From NCBI RefSeq assembly GCF_010993775.1, contig NZ_WOTO01000006.1, positions 79,273 to 143,272 of the forward strand: a stretch of 64,000 nt of DNA, written 5' to 3'. Below the pieces are notes generated by a model, which did no database searches, had not been told where the DNA came from, and worked only from the letters and a program-made list of their open reading frames with translations. The position numbers were made by a program, and so were the translations under genes. This DNA is from Fodinicola feengrottensis. Its GTDB lineage: Bacteria; Actinomycetota; Actinomycetes; Mycobacteriales; HKI-0501. Shown here piece after piece: positions 1 through 10,277 of this stretch. Positions within the stretch are counted from its first letter, which is position 1, and each line of letters starts with the position of its first letter.

Positions 1-1
1 G

Positions 2-226
2 ATCGACAAAATCATCGCCGGCCACAACAGATCCCAGAATCTGGTGGTCCTGGACGATCTCTGCGATTTGATGACCGACGGTTCGCTGTGTGCGATGGGT
101 GGCCTGACACCCATGCCGGTGCGCAGTGCGATGAAACACTTCCCCGAGGATTTCCAGAAGTTGCCGACCGAGAACTTCTCGATTCTGGATGCCACCGAAA
201 GTTTGGCGACGGAGGCAGGACGATGA
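2..226 (+). CDS. fdsB: NAD-dependent formate dehydrogenase beta subunit (NuoF-like), C-terminal fragment; 5' end lies outside the window
   Basis: Frame is open from position 2. The tail ...DDLCDLMTDGSLCAMGGLTPMPVRSAMKHFPEDF resembles the C-terminal 4Fe-4S region of NuoF/FdsB. The stop overlaps the next start (ATGA at 223-226). Confidence 0.6.
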   Translation: MDKIIAGHNRSQNLVVLDDLCDLMTDGSLCAMGGLTPMPVRSAMKHFPEDFQKLPTENFSILDATESLATEAGR

Positions 227-3049
227 CGCTGATCAAGGAACCGGACTACGGCACGCCGGCAGCTGACTCGGAGCAGATCGTCGAGTTGCAGATCGACGGC
301 CAGCCGGTCAAGGTGCCGGCGGGTACGTCGGTGATGCGGGCGGCCGCGTTGGCCGGCTTCAGCATTCCGAAACTCTGCGCCACCGACAGCCTCGAGGCTT
401 TTGGGTCTTGCCGGCTCTGTCTGGTGGAAATCGAGGGCGGCAGGGGCACCCCGGCCTCATGTACGACACCGGTCGCGGCCGGCATGAAGGTGAAGACGCA
501 GACCCCGAAGCTGGAGAAGCTCCGCCGTGGGGTCATGGAGCTCTACATTTCCGATCACCCGCTGGACTGCCTCACCTGCCCGGCCAACGGCGACTGTGAA
601 CTGCAGGACATGGCCGGTGTGGTGGGTTTGCGGGAAGTGCGGTACGGCTTTGATGGCGAGAACCATCTGGACGCGCCGACCGACAGTTCCAATCCGTATT
701 TCGACTTTGACGAAAGCAAGTGCATCGCCTGCTCGCGGTGCGTACGGGCGTGTTCTGAGGTCCAGGGCACCTTTGCGCTGACCATCGCCGGCCGCGGTTT
801 CGATTCCAAGGTCTCGGCCAGCGCCGGCGAGCTTTTTTTCTCAATTCCGAGTGTGTTTCCTGCGGTGCCTGCGTCCAGGCCTGCCCGACCTCGACGCTGC
901 AGGAAAAATCGGTCGTCGACCTCGGTATGCCGACTCGTTCGGTCATCACCACTTGCGCGTACTGTGGCGTCGGCTGTTCCTTCAAGGCCGAAATGCGCGG
1001 CGACGAGTTGGTGCGCATGGTGCCGTACAAGGACGGCGGGGCGAACGAAGGCCATTCCTGCGTGAAGGGTCGTTTCGCGTTTGGCTATGCCAGCCATCCC
1101 GATCGGGTGATGAAGCCACTGATGCGGGAGAAGATCACTGACCAGTGGCGCGAAGTGGAGTGGGAAGAAGCGATCGGGTTCGTCGGTCGCCGGATGCGGG
1201 AAATCCAGGATCAGTACGGCGTCGGCGCGATCGGCGGCATCAACCTCGTCCCGTTGTACGGACGAAGAGGTCTATGTCGTCAGAAAAAATGGTCCGGGCC
1301 GCGTTTGGCAACAACAATGTGGACACCTGCGCCAGGGTCTGCCACTCGCCGACCGGTTACGGCCTGAGCCAGACTTTTGGTACGTCCGCCGGCACCCAGG
1401 ATTTCAAGTCGGTCGCGAAGTCCGACGTGATCGTGGTCATCGGCGCCAATCCGACCGACGGTCACCCGGTGTTCGCCTCCCGAATGAAACGCCGGCTGCG
1501 CGAGGGCGCGAAGCTGGTCGTCATCGACCCGCGCCGGATCGACCTGGTCCGCTCGCCACATGTCGAGGCGTCGTACCATCTTCAGCTCGCGCCCGGCACG
1601 AATGTGGCCGTGGTCAACGCTTTCGCGCATGTCGTGGTCACTGAAGGTTTGGTGGACAGCGATTTTGTGGCTGAACGCTGCGAAGGGTACGAGCAGTGGG
1701 CGGAGTTCATCGCGCGGCCCGAGCACAGTCCGGAGGCCGTTGAGGAGATCACCGGCGTACCAGCAAGCGAGCTGCGGGAGGCCGCCCGGCTCTACGCCAC
1801 CGGCGGGAATGGCGCGATTTATTACGGCCTCGGGGTGACCGAGCACAGTCAGGGTTCAACCATGGTGATGGGCATGGCAAACCTGGCGATGGCCACTGGC
1901 AACATCGGCCGTGACGGTGTTGGCATCAACCCGTTGCGGGGCCAGAACAATGTGCAGGGCTCCTGCGACATGGGCTCCTTCCCGCACGAGTTTCCCGGCT
2001 ATCGGCACGTGTCTGACGACACCGTCCGTGGAGTGTATGAGACGCTGTGGGGTCGTGCGCTGGAGGCTGAGCCGGGGGGGCTGCGCATTCCGAACATGTT
2101 CGACGCCGCCGTCGACGGCTCCTTCAAGGCGCTTTTCGTGCAGGGCGAGGACATCGCGCAGTCCGACCCGAACACCAAGCACGTGACCGCCGCGCTGAAG
2201 TCGCTGGACCTGCTGGTCGTGCAGGACCTTTTCATCAACGAGACGGCGAAACTGGCGCACGTTCTGTTGCCTGGCACGTCCTTCCTGGAGAAGGACGGCA
2301 CGTTCATCAATGCCGAGCGGCGGATCAACCGAGTCCGGCCGATCATGGCGCCGCGGACCGGAAAACACGAATGGGAAATCGTCTGCGAGATCGCCCAGGC
2401 GATGGGCTATCCGATGACGTACGACCATTCCAGCGAGATCATGGACGAGATCGCGATCACCACACCCACCTTTTCCGGAGTGTCGTTCAAGATGCTCGAC
2501 GAAAAGGGCAGTGTGCAGTGGCCTTGTAACGCCAACGCGCCGCAGGGTACCCCGATCATGCACGTCGACGGTTTCGTACGTGGCAAGGGAAGGTTCGTCG
2601 AGACCGACTACATTCCGACCAGTGAGCGCAGCACTCGACGGTTCCCGTTGATCCTGACCACCGGCCGTATTCTTTCGCAGTACAACGTCGGCGCGCAGAC
2701 TCGCCGTACGGCGAATGTGGCCTGGCATCCGGAAGATCTGCTGGAACTGCATCCGCACGACGCTGAGGTGCGAGGCATCAAGGACGGCGACGAGGTGGCG
2801 CTGGCCAGTCGAGTCGGGGAAACCCATCTGCACGCCAGGATCGATGACCGGATGCCGGTTGGGGTCGTCTACACGACGTTCCATCATCCAGTCACCGGTG
2901 CGAACGTGGTGACCACCGACAATTCCGACTGGGCCACGAACTGCCCGGAATACAAGGTGACGGCCGTGCAGGTACGGCTGAAGAAGGCGGCCGAGCGACA
3001 CGAGTCGAGCGTGGCCTCAGAGCGGCTGCCCGCGTTGGCGCAGGACTGA
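223..3049 (+). CDS. fdsA: formate dehydrogenase alpha subunit (molybdopterin oxidoreductase with N-terminal 2Fe-2S/4Fe-4S ferredoxin-like domains); frame broken three times (ORFs 88..1065, 927..1367, 1145..3049)
   Basis: N-terminus MTLIKEPDYG...IDGQPVKVPAGTSVMRAAALAGFSIPKLCATDSLEAFGSCRLCLVEIEG is typical of NAD-FDH alpha. Cys clusters (CIACSRCVRAC) and the molybdopterin domain continue in the other two frames. The breaks fall in a T7 run (about 833-839) and at two single-A insertions around 1245 and 1284-1289. Confidence 0.85.
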
Positions 3050-3054
3050 TCGCC

Positions 3055-3276
3055 GTGGAAAATCCTCCGTATTTAAGGTTGGTCAACGAAATCGCCGTAC
3101 AGTTCACCCATCGGCCGTTTGAGGAGTCGGCTGAGGTGGTGGCCGCGCATGTCCGCAAGTTCTGGGATCCACGAATGCGCGGTCAGCTGATGGCCCACGC
3201 GGTGGCCGGCGGTGAGGGCCTGCACCCGATAGCCGTACGGGCCGCGGAGCTCTTACAACAACAGACAGTTCGCTGA
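3055..3276 (+). CDS. fdsD: formate dehydrogenase delta subunit-like small protein
   Basis: A 73-aa ORF directly downstream of fdsA with a GTG start. Size and position match FdsD. Confidence 0.5.
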   Translation: MENPPYLRLVNEIAVQFTHRPFEESAEVVAAHVRKFWDPRMRGQLMAHAVAGGEGLHPIAVRAAELLQQQTVR

Positions 3277-3277
3277 C

Positions 3278-4404
3278 ATGCGGTGGGCCGAGGCGAGACA
3301 GGTCGCGTACTCGGCGGCTTGCGCAGTCCTGCCGAGCCCGCTGCCAGTTTCTGATTCTTTGGGTACCGTGCTGGCGAAACCCTTGACGGCGCTGATCTCT
3401 TTGCCTTCTTTCGACCGATCGGCCATGGACGGTTATGCGGTTTGCGGCCCAGCGCCCTGGTTCGTACGCGGGCAGCTGTTGGCCGGTCAACCCGCACCAC
3501 CGCCGCTGGAATCGGGACAGGCGTACGAAATCGCCACCGGAGCGGTCATCCCGGCTGATACGACCGCGGTGCTCCCGTACGAATATGCCCAGCTTTGCGG
3601 CCGATCGCTGACCGGTCCGGTCGCGGCCGGCGAGAACATCCGCCGGGCCGGCGAGGAATGCCAGCGTGGCGAACACCTTCTGCCGGCCGGCACTGTCGTT
3701 TCCGCGCAGGTGCAGGGATTGGCGGCCGCGGTCGGATACGATCGGCTGTGGGTGCGCGCCAAGCCCACGGTCGGTGTGGTCATCAGCGGCGACGAGGTGC
3801 GTACGCACGGCATTCCGGAGGACGGCTGCGTGCGTGACGCGATTGGTCCGTTGCTGCCCGGATTCGTGGCCTCGTGCGGCGGCGAACTGGTGGCGACCGA
3901 ATATGCCGCCGACACCGAGAAAGATCTCGTACGAGCGGTGGAATCGTCGCCAGGGCAGCTGTTGTTGGTGTCCGGCTCGTCGTCAGTCGGACCCGCCGAC
4001 CAGCTGCGACGATCGCTGCGCAGCCTGGGCGGCACGATGCTCATTGAGCGCGTCGACTGCCGGCCGGGGCATCCGCAGAGCCTCGCGCGGCTCGGTGATG
4101 GGCGGCTGCTGGTGGGCCTTCCCGGCAACCCGCTGGCAGCGGTGGTCGCCTTCCTGACGCTCGCGGTGCCGATTTGCGCGGCGCTGCGCGGACTGCCTTT
4201 GCCTTCGCTGTCAACGGTTTCCGCCCCCGGATTGGGGCCGCATGGGCACCAGTACGCGACTTGTTCCCGTCGTCGTACGGGGACGGCGTCGCGCGAGGAC
4301 TGGAACACGGCGGAAGCGCGATGCTCCGAGGCTTGGCGCTCGCCGACGCCGTCGCGGTCGTGCCGCCCGATGGCGGCGAAGTTTTGCTGCTCCCGCTTCC
4401 CTGA
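3278..4404 (+). CDS. moeA: molybdopterin molybdotransferase MoeA (frameshift near 4180-4250; C-terminus in ORF 4174..4404)
   Basis: Hallmark PSFDRSAMDGYAV motif. Domain order typical of MoeA/gephyrin E. The C-terminal domain ...VRDLFPSSYGDGVARGLEHGG... is recovered in a second frame. Confidence 0.8.
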
Positions 4405-5040
4405 ATGCGCAAGCTGCATAACGTGCGTAGACTGCAACCTGTGGACAAGGCCAGCGAACGGCGGGAACGGCGAAAGGTCGCCCGGCGGGCGGAGATCAGG
4501 GCGGCGGCCGTGCGGCTGGCTCTGGCCAACGGCCCCGACGCGGTTACCATCGAGGAGATCAGCGAGGCCGCGGATATCGCGCCGAGGACGTTTTTCAACT
4601 ACTTCGCCACAAAAGACGATGTCTACTCACTCGAACCAATGCAGTGGACGGAGGCCGAAATCCTCGCCGAGCTGCGTTCCCGGCCGGCCCACGAAAAGCC
4701 GCTGGAGTCGATGCGCTCAGTGATCAAGGCGATGGCGGTGGCGGCCATTTTTGGCTCCATGCATGACCAGATGGCGCTGCTCCAGGAGCTCTACGAGCGC
4801 TATCCGCAGCTTTTCGCCAAGATGCGACTCGGCGACCAGATCGACGCCACCATGCTCGCGCTCGCCACCGAGCTGGCGGCGCGTACGGGCGCGGATGCGG
4901 ACACCGACCAGTATCCGCATCTCCTGGTCGGCGCGTCTTTCGCCGCCATGCAGACGGCCGAACAACGCGCGCGTACCGGCGAAAAGGACATCGAGACACT
5001 CATCGATGACGCATTCGACCTGCTCGCTCGCGGTCTCTAA
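4405..5040 (+). CDS. TetR/AcrR family transcriptional regulator
   Basis: N-terminal HTH (GPDAVTIEEISEAADIAPRTFFNYFATKDDV) and an alpha-helical C-terminal domain; 211 aa. Confidence 0.7.
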   Translation: MRKLHNVRRLQPVDKASERRERRKVARRAEIRAAAVRLALANGPDAVTIEEISEAADIAPRTFFNYFATKDDVYSLEPMQWTEAEILAELRSRPAHEKPLESMRSVIKAMAVAAIFGSMHDQMALLQELYERYPQLFAKMRLGDQIDATMLALATELAARTGADADTDQYPHLLVGASFAAMQTAEQRARTGEKDIETLIDDAFDLLARGL

Positions 5041-5102
5041 CTCCAGGGACGACAAATAGCGCGCCGCGGCTCACAGTGCGGGATCACTCCGCGGCGCAGA
5101 CC

Positions 5103-5978
5103 TCAGTTCTGCGCCCGCGCCCAGCTCGGGAGTTCTTCGCATTGCGCGGCCCAGGCGGCGGGGACGCCCGATCGTACGGCGACGACGCCTCCGACGATGG
5201 CGCAGGTGGTGTCGACGTCACCGCCGGTTTGTGCGGTGACCCAAGGGCCTCTTCGAAGTCATCGAGATTCCGGGCTGCCGCCCACAATGCGAAGGGCACG
5301 GTGTCCCAGCCGGCGGTCAGACGGCCATTGCCGAGTTCGTGTACGGCGATTTTGGCGGACGAGACGTGCGCGAGGCCCCTCGCGGCCCGCATTCCCTGGT
5401 GGACCCGGCCAGGCGGCGTCCATTGCAGCACGGTGTCGAGAAAATCGCGTGGTGGCAGGGATTCGGGGGCGACTGCGGTGGCCACCGCGACCGCGATCGC
5501 GGCGGCTATGCCGTCCGGGTGAGTGTGGGTGACGGCCGCGGACAGGGCGGCCTGCTCGGCGACTTTCGAGAGGTCGTCGGCAAACCACGCGCCCAGTGGC
5601 GCGACCCGCATCGCGGCGCCGTTTCCCCAGGATCCCTGGCCTTCGAACAATTCGGCAGCGAGCGTCCGCCAGTCCTGTCCGGCCCGTACCAACCGGAGCA
5701 TCCGGTTCATCGCGGGGCCGTATCCACGGTCGAAATCGTGGTGCGAGGCGAAAACTCTCCGCGAGGGAGTCCTGATTGATGTGACCATTCTGTTGCAGAG
5801 CGGCGAAAACCGAGCAGGCCATTTCGGTGTCGTCGGTCCACTGCCAGGGACCTGCCGGCAGCTGACGCTGTTCGAGGTTGGTGCGGTTGCTGGGGACGAA
5901 AAACTGTGATCCGAAAGCGTCGCCAACGGTGAGACCGTGTAGGCAGGCAAGTGCCCGCTCCCGGCGGTTGGTTTTCAT
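5103..5978 (-). CDS. ADP-ribosylglycohydrolase family protein (frameshifted; ORFs 5259..5987 and 5084..5950, true C-terminus in a third frame)
   Basis: MKTNRRERALACLHGLTVGDAFGSQFF... and WQWTDDTEM are typical of ADP-ribosyl-(dinitrogen reductase) hydrolase-like proteins. The C-terminal ...GGDVDTTCAIVGGVVAV... was found by manual translation of the third frame. Confidence 0.7.
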
Positions 5979-6040
5979 TGGCACCAATTATCGCAGGTAG
6001 GTGGGCTTGACTTCAGGTCGGGGTTAAGTGTGATGCTGGG

Positions 6041-6649
6041 GTGATGGATGGTGTGGGGAACTCGTGGGCCACCGGGCGAGCGCCGAATTCGACGGCGGCG
6101 GTGCCGCGTGGGGTGGGCGGGTGGATCGTTGGGCGCTCGATGCTGTGGTTCAACAAACAGGATGATGTGCTGGAGAAGCTGGACATCCGGCCCGGTGAGG
6201 ATGTGTTGGAGATCGGGTACGGGCCCGGTGGCCTGATCCGGCTGCTGGCGGGTCATACCCAAGCGCGGACCATTTACGGCGTTGACCCGTCCGAATCGAT
6301 GCACAAGGCGGCCGTATGGCTGAATCGAAAGGCGGAGCGGGTCCGGCTGGCCATCGGTACGGCGGAGAAAACCGGGCTCGACGAAGCATGTGTCGACTGC
6401 GTGGTGTCGATCAACAATGTCGCGATCTGGCCGGATCTCGCGGCTGGCGTCGGCGAGATCCAGAGGGTGCTGAGGCCCGGTGGGCGGGTCGCGATCGGAT
6501 GGCATGGCGGGCGCAAGACCGGGCCGATAGCGGACGGGCTGCGGCTGCCGCCGGACAAGCTGGCCCGGATCGAGTCCGCACTGACCGACCGTTTTGCCGC
6601 TGTGCAAAGGGAATCGATGGCCGAGCTGGAGATGTTCCGGGCGGTATGA
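6041..6649 (+). CDS. class I SAM-dependent methyltransferase
   Basis: Motif I VLEIGYGPGG is present. 202 aa, but the true start may be an internal Met near 6143. Confidence 0.7.
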   Translation: MMDGVGNSWATGRAPNSTAAVPRGVGGWIVGRSMLWFNKQDDVLEKLDIRPGEDVLEIGYGPGGLIRLLAGHTQARTIYGVDPSESMHKAAVWLNRKAERVRLAIGTAEKTGLDEACVDCVVSINNVAIWPDLAAGVGEIQRVLRPGGRVAIGWHGGRKTGPIADGLRLPPDKLARIESALTDRFAAVQRESMAELEMFRAV

Positions 6650-6779
6650 TAAGGCCGCTCCGGGAAATACCTGAGCCCACCCCTACGGGTAGTGACGCAC
6701 AGGCGTACGCACGGAGGCCTACCCGCTCTCGCTCCATCGGCCGACGCGGTGAGCCAGTGATCGGCGCTACGTTCGTTCG

Positions 6780-7698
6780 GTGAGCATGATTGAAGTCAGA
6801 AACCTCACCAAGAGGTTCCCGCGGGTCACCGCCCTAGACCAGCTGACGCTGGACGTGGGCGGCGGGGTGACCGGCCTGGTCGGTGCCAACGGTGCCGGCA
6901 AGTCCACTCTCATCAAGATTCTGCTCGGGCTGCAGCCGGCCACCGTGGGCACGGCCAAGGTGCTGGGCCGTGACGTGGTCGACGACGGCGAGGCGATCCG
7001 GGCGCGAGTGGGATATATGCCCGAGCATGACTGCCTGCCGCCGGATGTGTCAGCGACCGAGTTTGTCGTGCATATGGCCCGAATGTCGGGCCTGCCGCCG
7101 GTGGCGGCCCGAGAGCGCGCGGCGGACACGCTGCGTCATGTCGGGTTGCAGGAGGAGCGATATCGGCAGATTGGTGGGTATTCCACCGGAATGCGGCAGC
7201 GGGTGAAACTCGCGCAGGCTCTCGTCCATGACCCAGAACTGGTTTCCTGGACCTGGACGAGCCGACAAACGGCCTCGATCCGCGCGGTCGCGACGACATG
7301 CTGGAGCTGATCCGCAGGATTGGCACCGATTTTGGCATCACCGTGCTGGTCACCTCGCATCTGCTGGGGGGGAGTTGGAGCGGGTCTGCGACCACGTTGT
7401 GGTTTTGGACGGCGGAAAACTCCTGCGATCCTCAGCCGTCGGAGACCTCACCCGGGCGACCCGTACGGTCGTCGTCGAGCTGGTCGAGGGTGCGGATCTG
7501 TTGGCTCGCGCACTGGATTCCGCCGGGTTGCGAACCCAGCTGGACGGGCACTTGGTGGCCGTCGATGTCGAGGACGACAGCGCGTACGACACGGTCCGGG
7601 ACACGGTGGTCGAGCTGGATCTCGCGTTGGTACGCCTGCAGCAGCGGCGCCACCGCATCGAGGAAGTCTTTCGGGCGGAGGAGGCCAGCGTTGTCTGA
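6780..7698 (+). CDS. ABC transporter ATP-binding protein (two frameshifts)
   Basis: Walker A GANGAGKST, signature YSTGMRQRV and a Walker B/D-loop (LVFLDEPTNGLD) that is only restored by joining ORFs 6780..7310, 7298.. and 7228..7698. Confidence 0.85.
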
Positions 7699-8587
7699 CA
7701 TTGTCGCAACGGACCGAGATGTCATTCACGACATCGGCTACCGGCATTACGAGGGCAGCCGGCTCGGTCGCGGCTACATCTTCCGGTCCCTTTTCCTCCA
7801 GAGTCTGCGATCCGCGTACGGCCTCGGCCGGTCGGCGAAGGCGAAGATCCTGCCGATCGGGATTTTCGCGGTCATGGTGCTGCCGGCGTTTATCGTGGTA
7901 GCCATCGTGAGTTTCGCCCACATGACCGCGATCCCGCTCGCTTACACCAGTTATGCGATCACATTCCAGGTGATCGTCTCGATTTTCGTGGCCTCGCAGG
8001 CGCCTCAGCTGGTCTCCCGAGATCTCCGGTTCCGCCTCACCACACTTTACTTTTCCCGGCCGCTCAGTCGATTCGACTATGTCACCGCCAAGTTCGCCGC
8101 GCTGGCCAGCGCGCTTTTCGTGCTGACAGCGGCGCCGCTGGTGGTGCTTTATGTCGGAATGTTGCTTGCCAAGCTGCCGATCCTTGAGCAGACCACGCAA
8201 TTCTTGTCGGCGATCGTCGGCGCGGCTGTCCTGTCGGTGCTGTTGGCTGGTTGTTGGCCTGTTGCTGGCCTCGTTGACCATTCGCCGCGGGATTGGTGTC
8301 GCGACGGTTATCGCTTTGCTGCTGGTGAGTTCCACCGGTGCGCTGATGGTGCAGGGGCTGGCTCATCAGCTGGGCCTTGGTTTCCTCGCCACGTACGCCG
8401 GCCTTTTTTCTCGCCGTACGGCTTGGTGGACGGTCTGCAGGTCGCCTTGTTGGGAGCGACGCCGGCCGGGCCCGCCGGGCCGTTGGACCTCGTCAGCGGC
8501 GGCGTCTTCACGGTCGCGCCGCTCGTCGTGATCACCGCGAGCTTTTACCTGCTGCTGGCCCGTTACCGGAAGGTGGTCGCGGCATGA
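7691..8587 (+). CDS. ABC-2 family transporter permease (frameshifted)
   Basis: Multi-TM hydrophobic protein in ORF 7298..8587 continuing in 8151..8531. Start overlaps the ATPase stop. Confidence 0.6.
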   Translation: MSDIVATDRDVIHDIGYRHYEGSRLGRGYIFRSLFLQSLRSAYGLGRSAKAKILPIGIFAVMVLPAFIVVAIVSFAHMTAIPLAYTSYAITFQVIVSIFVASQAPQLVSRDLRFRLTTLYFSRPLSRFDYVTAKFAALASALFVLTAAPLVVLYVGMLLAKLPILEQTTQFLSAIVGAAVLSVLLAGCWPVAGLVDHSPRDWCRDGYRFAAGEFHRCADGAGAGSSAGPWFPRHVRRPFFSPYGLVDGLQVALLGATPAGPAGPLDLVSGGVFTVAPLVVITASFYLLLARYRKVVAA

Positions 8588-9497
8588 GCGAGCTGCGGAT
8601 CGACGGTGTTTCCCGCTGGTACGGGAATGTGGTGGCGGTCAACAATATTACGATGACGATCGGTCCCGGGGTGACCGGCCTGCTGGGTCCGAACGGCGCT
8701 GGCAAGTCGACGCTTATCCACCTCATGTCTGGTTTCTTGGCTCCCTCGACCGGATCCGTGACACTCGATGGCGCGAAGATCTGGCACAATCCCGAGGTTT
8801 ACCGCAAGATCGGCTTGGTGCCCGAGCGCGAGGCGCTTTACGATGCCATGTCCGGCTGGAAATTCATCGAGGCCAACGCGGCTCTGCATGGCCTGCCGGA
8901 ACCGCGGGAGGCGGCCCGCCGGGCGCTGGAGACGGTCGAGATGACCGAGGCGGCGAGCCGGCCGGTGGGCACGTACTCCAAGGGCATGAAGCAGCGCATC
9001 AAAATGGCGTCGGCGCTGGTGCATGACCCGTCGGTTTTGTTGCTGGACGAGCCTTTCAACGGGATGGATCCGCGGCAGCGGCTGCAGTTGATGGACCTGA
9101 TCCGCAAAATCGGCGCCGAGGGGCGTACGGTCCTGTTCAGCTCGCACATCCTGGAGGAGGTCGAGCAGGTCGCCTCGCATATCGAGGTGGTCGTTTCCGG
9201 GCGGCACGCGGCTTCCGGCGACTTCCGCAAGATCCGCCGGCTGATGACCGACCGCCGCATCGCTATGCGATCCGGTCCAGCGACGACCGTGCGCTCGCGG
9301 CCGCGTTGATCGCCGACGGCTCGTGCTCGGGCGTTCAGCTCGATCCGAAGAACGGCTTGCAGGTCCAGACCGTCCACTTCGGACAGTTCAGCCGGATGGT
9401 GCCGCGGCTGGCTGCCTCCGCCGGCATCCGGCTCTTCGAGGTCGCGCCCGCCGACGAATCGCTCGGCAGCGTCTTCGCCTATCTCATCGAATCCTGA
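8584..9497 (+). CDS. ABC transporter ATP-binding protein (second copy; frameshift near 9250-9300)
   Basis: GPNGAGKSTL, YSKGMKQRI and LLLDEPFNGMD motifs. ATG start overlaps the permease stop. The C-terminus continues in ORF 9306..9497. Confidence 0.85.
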
Positions 9498-9507
9498 AAA
9501 GCGACAG

Positions 9508-10228
9508 GTGTCCACAGTGAACATGACGGTTGTCTCGCTCACCTCAAGGGTGTTGCTCGGTCGCCGCGCGCGGGGTGTTTCTGCTGATCCTGCCGGCCAT
9601 TCTGGTGCTGTTGGCGATCGGGCTGCGGATCTACGCGGGCCAGAGCGTGGAGATCGCCAGCCAGGTGTTGTCGGTCTTCGCGGTGGGTACGGTGGTGCCG
9701 CTGCTCGGGTTGATCATCGGCACCGGCGTCATCGGCCCGGAAATCGACGACGGATCTATTGTTTACATACTCTCCAAACCGGTTTCCCGGTTGACGATCG
9801 TGCTCAGCAAACTGGCGCTGGCGATCGGCTGTGTGATTGTTTTCGCCGGCATTCCGACCCTGATAGCCGGGCTGATCATGGCCGGCCTGCAGGGTGGTTT
9901 CGCGGTGGGCTTCGCGGTCGGCGCGGTGTTGGCCGGCATCGCGTACTGCGCCATTTTCGTGCTGCTCGCGGTGATCACCAAGCACGCTGTGGTGATCGGC
10001 CTGTTTTACGCGCTGATCTGGGAAAGTCTGATCGGCAACTTCGTGCCGGGCGCCCAGGTTCTGAGCGTCCAGCGGTGGGCACAGTCTGTCACAGACTTGA
10101 TTGACAAGGTGCAGCCGACCGGCGTGGGGCCGGCTGTGGGCATCCCGCTGTTGATTGTCGCGGCGGTGGCGGCCACCTGGTACGCCGGCCGCCGGCTGCG
10201 GTCCCTGACGTTGAGCGAAGCCGAATAA
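9508..10228 (+). CDS. ABC-2 family transporter permease (second copy)
   Basis: A 232-aa hydrophobic ORF 9530..10228 with an upstream GTG start in an adjacent frame. Six TM-like segments. Confidence 0.6.
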
Positions 10229-10232
10229 CGAG

Positions 10233-10277
10233 AAGGCGGGCGACCCTCGGGGGGACGCCCCGCCTTCGCATTTTCCT
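10233..10277. terminator. putative bidirectional intrinsic terminator between the ABC operon (+) and the GH30 gene (-)
   Basis: GC-rich hairpin (ggcggg...cccgcc) followed by a T-rich tract (ttcgcattttcc) in the 50-bp convergent gap. Confidence 0.35.

Noticed and set aside
1856-3001. Long antisense ORFs inside confidently assigned high-GC genes. Examples: 1856..3001(-) in fdsA, 3487..4437(-) in moeA, 21381..23006(+) over the GH30-like gene, 23339..24841(-) in ggt, 33824..35029(+) in glgB, 38942..40408(+) in glgE, 41136..42551(-) in glgP, 46320..47936(+) in cydC, 48896..50395(+) in cydD/cydB.
   Set aside because: Products are Arg/Pro/Gly/Ala-rich with no motifs. Stop-free antisense frames are expected at roughly 70% GC.
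223-3049. Interpretation of the split fdsA, and of the many other split genes, as true pseudogenes or programmed frameshifts.
   Set aside because: Breaks are single-base indels in homopolymers scattered across dozens of otherwise complete housekeeping genes, including cydA, glgE and dppA. Assembly error is far more parsimonious.
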